This document shows, piece by piece, positions 57,573 through 64,000 of a stretch of DNA of 64,000 bases (positions are counted from its first letter, which is position 1; each line of letters opens with the position of its first letter). A program made the position numbers and the translations under genes. The DNA comes from Candidatus Saccharimonadota bacterium (GTDB lineage Bacteria > Patescibacteriota > Saccharimonadia > Saccharimonadales > SLHW01). The notes beneath the pieces are model-generated. The model saw only the letters and a program-made list of their open reading frames with translations, was not told the DNA's origin and made no database searches. The stretch covers positions 133,772 to 197,771 of the forward strand of contig JAGXIU010000003.1 in assembly GCA_024635455.1 (NCBI GenBank). The letters are read 5' to 3'.

Positions 57573-58934
57573 CTATGACCCAAATGGCTCATCAGCTTGT
57601 CGTTTTTCTAGGCTACGAAATCGTTGTTTACGATCATCAAAATATAGCTCGACTGTACCAGTTGGGCCATTCCGATGCTTCTTAATAAGTATGTCTGTTA
57701 TATGCTTACGATCTGTTTCTGGATTGTAATAATCTTCACGATATATGAAAGCAACAACATCAGCGTCTTGCTCGATAGAACCTGATTCCCGTAAGTCAGC
57801 TAGTTGAGGAATCTGTGGGCTACGACTCTCAACTGATCTACTTAGTTGCGATAACGCCACCAGCGGAACGTTTAGCTCACGAGCGATCTGTTTCAAGCCT
57901 CGAGAAATTTCAGATATCTCCTGTACGCGATTTCCCTCGGAGTTAAAACGACTGCCGCCGCTCATTAACTGTAGGTAGTCTACGATAATTAAACCAAGTG
58001 GGCGTTGGTGAGCTTCGCGCCGAGCCTTTGTACGAAGGTCGCTTACCGTTATGCCAGGTGAATCATCAATAAAGATTTGAGCCTCACTTAGGCTACCCAT
58101 AGCATGACCAATTTTTTCAAAATCTTGGTCACTTAAGTTGCCAGTACGCAATGCCCATGCATCGACACCGGATTCTACAGCAAGCATTCTATCCACCAAT
58201 TGCTCTTTACTCATCTCGAGGCTAAACAGCAATACTGGCATATCTGATTGCACCGCAACGTTGTGGGCAATATTCAACGATAGCGCAGTCTTCCCCATAG
58301 ACGGACGAGCGGCCAATACGAATAAGTCCGATCGTTGCAGACCAGCTAGTATATTATCAAGATCTTTGAAGCCCGTCGGAACTCCACGTATCTTCCCTTT
58401 GTCTTTATGTAGATCATCGAGCCGCTCAAAGCTATCACTAAGTATATCTTCAAGGCTGGTAATGTCTTGTTTGATATGTTGTTGACTAACATTAAATAAA
58501 CGAGTTTCAGCATCTTCAATTAACTGTTGTAAACCGCTTTCTTCGTTGTAACCGAGGCTCGTAATATCCTGGGATGCCTTTATAAGACGTCGGCGGAGTG
58601 CCTTTTGAGCGACAATATCAGCGTACTGCTCGACATGTGCTGCGGTTGGAACAAAGTTCGTGAGCTCGCTTAGATATTTTGGGCCACCAGCCACTTCGAT
58701 GAAGCCACTTGATCGCAACTGATCAGCCAAGGTTAATACATCAATAGGGCTGTGTTTCTCGTACAGCTGCTGTACTGCTTCAAAAATCCTTTGGTGTTTT
58801 TCTTCATAAAAGTCTGCTGGCGTAACGTTATCAGCTATTTTTACGATTGCATCGCTATCAATTAGTACTGCGCCGAGCAATGATGCTTCGGCTTCGCTAT
58901 TGTGCGGTGGTATTTTTGATACGTTGTTGTCCAT
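57573..58934 (-). CDS. dnaB: replicative DNA helicase
   Basis: The N-terminus IPPHNSEAEASLLGAVL, Walker A GKT and the RecA-like fold identify DnaB. Confidence 0.95.
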   Translation of the reverse strand: MDNNVSKIPPHNSEAEASLLGAVLIDSDAIVKIADNVTPADFYEEKHQRIFEAVQQLYEKHSPIDVLTLADQLRSSGFIEVAGGPKYLSELTNFVPTAAHVEQYADIVAQKALRRRLIKASQDITSLGYNEESGLQQLIEDAETRLFNVSQQHIKQDITSLEDILSDSFERLDDLHKDKGKIRGVPTGFKDLDNILAGLQRSDLFVLAARPSMGKTALSLNIAHNVAVQSDMPVLLFSLEMSKEQLVDRMLAVESGVDAWALRTGNLSDQDFEKIGHAMGSLSEAQIFIDDSPGITVSDLRTKARREAHQRPLGLIIVDYLQLMSGGSRFNSEGNRVQEISEISRGLKQIARELNVPLVALSQLSRSVESRSPQIPQLADLRESGSIEQDADVVAFIYREDYYNPETDRKHITDILIKKHRNGPTGTVELYFDDRKQRFRSLEKRQADEPFGS

Positions 58935-58943
58935 AAATCTTTA

Positions 58944-60455
58944 CTACGAGTCTATCACTTCTGAACTACCAAATATATTGTTTATGGTTTCTACAGACTC
59001 TGGTTTCTTACTTATTTCAGGGCGCTCAGGACTCGCCTTAACATCTTTTTTATTGGCAAGTATGCACTGAATCTGAAATGCTTGACCACTAGCTGCCTCG
59101 ACCGCATCTGAGAGTATCTTTTTATGATGATTATCACTTAGGCGCTTTTCATGAAATGCGTATTTGCACTCCAAGACAAAAGTGTCGTTATCGATCCGGG
59201 GTATTGCCATACGCGCCATACCGTATAACGTATTGTGTTTTCCCTTCAGAGTATTTAATACCTCTGACCAAATATCATCGGCTTTCTGATATGTCTGTTT
59301 TGTTTGTTTTGCTTGCTTTGGTGGGTCGGTAGCTTTTTTAGCCACTGTTGCTTCTGTAGGAGACGCGTTCTGCATACTTTGCTCTTGTGGTTTTTTCGTT
59401 TCTTTACTCTCCCGAATATCTTTCTGCGATTTATCAGTTTTTTCCTCTTTAGGTTCTGGGGTTTTCTGTTTATTTTCTACAAAAGTGGGTGGTTGCTGCA
59501 ATCCGTACTCTAATAATGCGACCTCGAGTGATACTCTTGTGTCGCTCATTGATGAAACCTCGGAAAGCTTTTTTAGTAAGGCCGTCTTATCGAGGCTAAC
59601 AGTGTTTTCTTGTAGTATATCTCCACGGAGCTTGGTGGCTACTTCTGACGCTACTTGCGATGCGCTAAAGCCCGACTGGTGAATTGTGTCAATCGTCTTA
59701 AGAACGTCTGATACAGCCCCCCGATAAACCAGCTCTAATAACTCAGTAATAGTGTCCTCTGGTACTGAACCAATAGCTACACGGATATCATCAACGCTAA
59801 TTTCGTCATTTTCACTTGCAATGTAGCGCATCTGATCGAGTAGGCTTATGCTATCGCGAAACGAACCCTGACCATGGCGTGCAATCAACTGTAAGGCGTC
59901 TTTGGATATAGCGATGTCTTCTTGTTTTGCAATACTTGCTAAATGCTCTCTAACCTCATCTTCTTGAACTGGCCTGAACGTAAACTTTTGTGTACGGCTA
60001 ATAATTGTATCAGGAAGCTTATGGGCTTCGGTTGTGGCAAGTATAAATATAGCGTGCTCAGGTGGCTCTTCTAATGTCTTAAGGAGCGCGTTAAACGCTT
60101 CTTTCGTGAGCATGTGGACTTCGTCAATAATATATACCTTGTATTTAGCTTGGGCTGGTGCATTATGCACCTTGTCACGCAACTCACGGATTTCATCTAT
60201 GCGCCGATTGCTTGCTGCATCTATCTCAATAATATCGAGATGATTATCAGCTTCTTCGTAGCTAAGTCCGTTAACTTCCCGGGCTAAAATCCGTGCAATA
60301 CTGGTTTTACCGACACCCCGTGGCCCGGTAAACAGATAAGCGTGGGCGACATTACCTTGTTTGATAGCATTGCTCAACGTCACTGTGATGTGTGGCTGAC
60401 CAACAATTTCCGCCAATGTTTTAGACCGATATTTTCGGTAGAGGACGTTTCCCAT
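58944..60455 (-). CDS. dnaX: DNA polymerase III subunit gamma/tau
   Basis: YRKYRSKTLAEIVGQ...LFTGPRGVGKTS and a C-terminal low-complexity tau region. Confidence 0.95.
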   Translation of the reverse strand: MGNVLYRKYRSKTLAEIVGQPHITVTLSNAIKQGNVAHAYLFTGPRGVGKTSIARILAREVNGLSYEEADNHLDIIEIDAASNRRIDEIRELRDKVHNAPAQAKYKVYIIDEVHMLTKEAFNALLKTLEEPPEHAIFILATTEAHKLPDTIISRTQKFTFRPVQEDEVREHLASIAKQEDIAISKDALQLIARHGQGSFRDSISLLDQMRYIASENDEISVDDIRVAIGSVPEDTITELLELVYRGAVSDVLKTIDTIHQSGFSASQVASEVATKLRGDILQENTVSLDKTALLKKLSEVSSMSDTRVSLEVALLEYGLQQPPTFVENKQKTPEPKEEKTDKSQKDIRESKETKKPQEQSMQNASPTEATVAKKATDPPKQAKQTKQTYQKADDIWSEVLNTLKGKHNTLYGMARMAIPRIDNDTFVLECKYAFHEKRLSDNHHKKILSDAVEAASGQAFQIQCILANKKDVKASPERPEISKKPESVETINNIFGSSEVIDS

Positions 60456-60568
60456 AATGCTCTTATTGTAGCAATAAGTTTGTGTGAAAGGCTAGGTAAA
60501 ATATAAAACGAAACCAAGCCTGTTATGAGGATTGGTTTCGATAGTACAAGGTCTTAGACAGTAGTACT

Positions 60569-61084
60569 TTAGAGCGCGGCTTCGAGTGCAGCCCACTCAG
60601 CATTCGTGTCGTCTTCTGGTACGTTTACACTCACCTGATCACCTGGTTTCGCCTTAAAGTAGGTAACGCTTGCAAGAAGTACGCGGTACATCTTTTCACC
60701 AACTTCGACGAAGTAGTGGCCATTTTCTAGCTTAAGTACACCGACGATTTGCTTTCGTGGAATTGGGCCTATTTGCTTATAAAGAAATGCGCCGTCATCA
60801 GCGATAGTTAATTTGAGGATATCGCCCTGAACTAGCTTTGATTTGCTGGCGTAGTTAGCAGGAACCGGGTATGTTTTGCCGTCAGAGCCTACCATGTTTT
60901 GTCCATCGAAAACACCTTCGATAATCTTCCCTAATTGTTCGCTATCTGAACTGCTAGGAGTGGTTCCTGCATCCTCGTCACCAACTAAGCTTACAAGCAA
61001 TTCTTTTGCTGCAGCTAGATTAGTCTCTGCTTCGGTAATCAAAGATTTTAATCGTTTTATTTGTTTATCAGGTACATCTGCCAT
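60569..61084 (-). CDS. hypothetical protein
   Basis: 171 aa with no recognisable motif. It sits between rplL and dnaX. Confidence 0.4.
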   Translation of the reverse strand: MADVPDKQIKRLKSLITEAETNLAAAKELLVSLVGDEDAGTTPSSSDSEQLGKIIEGVFDGQNMVGSDGKTYPVPANYASKSKLVQGDILKLTIADDGAFLYKQIGPIPRKQIVGVLKLENGHYFVEVGEKMYRVLLASVTYFKAKPGDQVSVNVPEDDTNAEWAALEAAL

Positions 61085-61272
61085 GATTTGTCTCTCTCTT
61101 GTTTCCTCGTGTTTATCTCAACGTACACTTATCTAGAATTTACCATGGTAGTGTGATTATGTCAAAAATAACTACAACCCTGTGGATAAATAGAGCAGTA
61201 CGAGCCAAAATTTACTACTTCGGCTCGTACTGTGTCTGTATACATTCATTCGAAATGAATGAACGATTACAA

Positions 61273-61680
61273 CTAGGCTAGCTCTACTGTAGCGCCAGCT
61301 TCTTCGAGTGCTTTTTTAGCTTTCTCGGCGTCTTCTTTGTTTGCCTTTTCTAGAACTGGCTTTGGAGCTTCGTCAACGATTGCTTTCGCTTCACCAAGTC
61401 CAAGTCCTGTTAGGTCTTTAACTGCCTTAATGACAGCTACTTTTTGTGATCCGGCGTCTTTTAGTACGACGTCGTATTCACTCTTTTCGTCTTCTGCTGG
61501 TGCATCGCTATCTGCAGGCGCTGCTGCAACTGCTGCTGCAGGTGCTGCTGCACTTACGTCCCAGTATTCTTCAAGGAACTTTACGAATTTACTGATCTCG
61601 AGTGCTGACATAGCGTCAAGCTCTTTTACAATTTTTTCGAACTCTTTCGGTACTGTGACCTTTTCTTCTTTATCTGCCAT
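61273..61680 (-). CDS. rplL: 50S ribosomal protein L7/L12
   Basis: An Ala-rich hinge [13 protein letters not shown], then [28 protein letters not shown]. Confidence 0.95.
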   Translation of the reverse strand: MADKEEKVTVPKEFEKIVKELDAMSALEISKFVKFLEEYWDVSAAAPAAAVAAAPADSDAPAEDEKSEYDVVLKDAGSQKVAVIKAVKDLTGLGLGEAKAIVDEAPKPVLEKANKEDAEKAKKALEEAGATVELA

Positions 61681-61693
61681 GATTATTCCTTTC

Positions 61694-62227
61694 TTATTCT
61701 GCTATTGCGTCGGCACGTGCTTGGAGTACGTTAAGCACCCCGCGTACGTTTCCGGTCATTACGTTCATGAAGCCAGTTAGTGGCGCAGCAATAGTGCCGG
61801 CCAACATGCCTCGAAGTTGTTGTTTGCTTGGTAAGTCTGCTAGTGCTTTGACATCATCAACACCGAGAAACTGGCCGTCCGCTGTGTAAGCTCCCACAAA
61901 TTGCAGGTTTGGCTGTTTCTTAGCGAACTTGGCGATGACTTGCGCTGGAGCTACTTCATCTTCGCTATTAAATGCATAGAGAAGCATTCCCTCTAACGCT
62001 GACGTATCAGCGTCCTTGAAGCCTTCAGTCTGGGTGATAGCTTGTTTTACCAGGCGATTCTTAAATACCTTTAGGGTTGTACCGTCTTCAGCTCCGAGTT
62101 TCCGCAACTCTTGCATTGCCTTCACGGGTGTTCCTTGGTATGCAGTAACAACAGTAAGTTTTGATGAACTTAACTTCTGTTGAACGTCGTCTATAATTTG
62201 TTGCTTCTTGTCTTTACTTAAAGCCAT
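61694..62227 (-). CDS. rplJ: 50S ribosomal protein L10
   Basis: [42 protein letters not shown]. Confidence 0.9.
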   Translation of the reverse strand: MALSKDKKQQIIDDVQQKLSSSKLTVVTAYQGTPVKAMQELRKLGAEDGTTLKVFKNRLVKQAITQTEGFKDADTSALEGMLLYAFNSEDEVAPAQVIAKFAKKQPNLQFVGAYTADGQFLGVDDVKALADLPSKQQLRGMLAGTIAAPLTGFMNVMTGNVRGVLNVLQARADAIAE

Positions 62228-62292
62228 TTGCATTCTTTCTTTCGTGATTTTAACTTGTTCGTGACCGACCTTACAACGAACATGTTACCGTA

Positions 62293-62326
62293 TAAAAAAA
62301 CTCCTCAGCGCATTACCAAGGAGTTT
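62293..62326 (-). terminator. rho-independent terminator between P-loop gene and rplJ leader
   Basis: On the minus strand: AAACTCCTTGGTAATGCGCTGAGGAGTTTTTTT. Confidence 0.55.
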
Positions 62327-62437
62327 ATTGTGCTCAAAAACTAATCTTACAAGCACCTCGGCGACAAATTAAGCGTGTATTAGACACAGTCGCTGTCTTT
62401 GGTAACAAATTGATTGTAAGAGAAAACACCGAATTGG

Positions 62438-63364
62438 TCAAGCTTTGGTTTGTTCAGCCTCATCGGTATTTCGAGCTTGCTTAGCGTTTGTGTACCGTTT
62501 CTGGCGCCCAGTTTGAACACGCGCAATAGCCTCGCTTGGATCCTTTGCGTAAACCTCAGGGTTAATGTGGTTAGCGTAAAAAAATTGTAACAAGCCTGCT
62601 TTACCTAGCGAGCGCGCAATAGACATAGCTTGATCAGGGTGAGCTTCTCGATGCAATAATAACTCCTGAACTGATTCTTCACTCATATAGCCCTGGAAGT
62701 CATAGCGGCTACGGTATGCCTCAATCAGCTCACGCGCCGGACGATCAATAGCAGGGTCGCGCCATGTCCATTTGGCAGTCCGCCAGTCTTCATCATGTGC
62801 TGCGCCGATCGCAATCAGATTAACATCGTCAACCGCTTCAACTAGATGCGGAAGTACAGCTTCTGCATATTCTATTGCGTTTTTGCGAGTTCTGCTAGAA
62901 CCTTTGTAGCCTCCGTAATCAACGTTATCTAGAATAAAAATACGTCGTCCGGCAGCATTCGAAAGACGACGATATGAATCTACCAAGTTAATCGTTTCTT
63001 CGGTGTGTCGAGTCGTGCCTGCATTTATGTGCATACTTATCTTTAGGATTGGCAACCCGATAAAGCGGCTGCAGCGCTCAAGGTCTTGGCAAATATTACT
63101 TTTGCCTGCGCCTGGAGCACCTTCAAGCAACACAGAACCTTCATCAATTCCTGTATTTAGAACGTCACGAAACTCGATGAAACGAGGGCTTACGCAATTG
63201 TCAAGTTCATCTCGAAACTCGTCCACAGTTACTGGGTTAAGGGGTTCGTATTGTAGATACCCTTTTCCGTTGTATTTTTCTTCTACCATCATTCCTTCAA
63301 AAAATGGTTCTTGTTCTAACATTTCAGAATTTCCATACCAGACATTATTTATTGTTTCATTCAT
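62438..63364 (-). CDS. P-loop NTPase, uncharacterised
   Basis: Walker A LLEGAPGAGKSN and Walker B RIFILDNVD. There is no other recognised domain. Confidence 0.5.
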   Translation of the reverse strand: MNETINNVWYGNSEMLEQEPFFEGMMVEEKYNGKGYLQYEPLNPVTVDEFRDELDNCVSPRFIEFRDVLNTGIDEGSVLLEGAPGAGKSNICQDLERCSRFIGLPILKISMHINAGTTRHTEETINLVDSYRRLSNAAGRRIFILDNVDYGGYKGSSRTRKNAIEYAEAVLPHLVEAVDDVNLIAIGAAHDEDWRTAKWTWRDPAIDRPARELIEAYRSRYDFQGYMSEESVQELLLHREAHPDQAMSIARSLGKAGLLQFFYANHINPEVYAKDPSEAIARVQTGRQKRYTNAKQARNTDEAEQTKA

Positions 63365-63810
63365 TTTATTCCAAACCTTTAGTGATTGCTATTGCTTATG
63401 CTCATAAAAAAAGAGGCTTCAGGCTGAAGCTTCTTTAGCGGTTGTTGGACTATGTTGTTTCTATTTTAAGCTTCAACCCACACAAAACATAGTCCTAGCG
63501 CCACTAGAATCATAAATGTGTTGTTGTTGCCTGAATATTTCATTACTAAACAATAATTTAGCACAGTATTTTATGTCGGACAACCTGCAATCAAGAAGGT
63601 CGCGAACACACGACATACCCTTGGTAGAATGATTGGCGGCAACTACATATCCTTAAGAAAAAATGTACACAGTTACATAGAAATAATTACCGGTGTTATA
63701 TACCTTAAAAAACAATGGTAGTATTAATTCACCCCTTATGTCAGGAGTTGTTACCATTGACTTTATAACATAATTAGTGTAGTGTATAATCCGGAGAATT
63801 TATAGTATTT

Positions 63811-64000
63811 ATGCAAGAAATGAGTAAAAGAAGCAGTTTTTTGGGTGTCGAACGGATCAACCCACCACGCTTAGTGGAAACCGGTCCGGACTCATCCGAA
63901 GTTAACCGCTTATACAGTGATCTACCAAGGCAACAAGATACAGTTGCCTATAACAAGATTCTTTCCTCTGTTTCCGTTGAGGCGTACAGTATGAGTAAGG
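63811..64000 (+). CDS. partial CDS (5' end), hypothetical; runs off window
   Basis: ATG at 63811 opens MQEMSKRSSFLGVERINPPRLVETGPDSSEVNRLYSDLPRQQDTVAYNKILSSV... with no stop before the window end. Confidence 0.3.
   Translation, partial: MQEMSKRSSFLGVERINPPRLVETGPDSSEVNRLYSDLPRQQDTVAYNKILSSVSVEAYSMSK

Overview
This is a 64 kb bacterial chromosomal window, about 90% coding, with moderate GC. It uses the standard genetic code, since TGA, TAA and TAG all terminate well-supported genes. Gene content is consistent with a small-genome, Gram-positive-like or possibly Saccharibacteria/CPR-like organism, though this is a low-confidence inference: many secreted and membrane-anchored proteins, an LCP protein, lactate permease, tandem secreted thermonucleases, GT4 glycosyltransferases and many short hypotheticals. 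Left to right, the window contains: (1) two diverged tandem copies of a divergent gene pair, a stand-alone receiver domain plus a DUF1801/YdhG-like protein, with copy 1 interrupted by an in-frame TAG; (2) tRNA-Gln(UUG) followed by degenerate copies of its own 3' half that flank a two-gene islet encoding a membrane-anchored blue-copper cupredoxin and a secreted metzincin-like protein; (3) ABC-2 transporters, an APC permease, and cupin, DUF305 and PD-(D/E)xK-like proteins; (4) a CpxP/Spy-like periplasmic protein upstream of an OmpR-family regulator and histidine kinase, flanked by 37-bp direct repeats; (5) a CCA-adding enzyme, a YraN-like nuclease, and a membrane protein translationally coupled to the first of two paralogous secreted SNase nucleases; (6) lactate permease; (7) a thiol-redox island with two rhodaneses, a Fur-glutaredoxin fusion, TrxB, NrdH, two thioredoxin-like proteins and a DsbD/CcdA-like membrane protein; (8) eno, a 2-hydroxyacid dehydrogenase, gpm, an FAD-linked oxidase, a P-type ATPase, a PQQ-type dehydrogenase and a small ORF coupled to dinB; (9) two GT4 glycosyltransferases; (10) a minus-strand run cysS-nrnA-recR-ybaB-membrane-dnaB-dnaX-hypothetical-rplL-rplJ preceded by a P-loop NTPase. 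There are several interspersed repeat families: a ~175-bp repeat that grafts the same C-terminal tail onto two unrelated genes, a 37-bp direct repeat, and a ~42-bp palindromic element. I found no CRISPR array, integrase, transposase, reverse transcriptase or rRNA.
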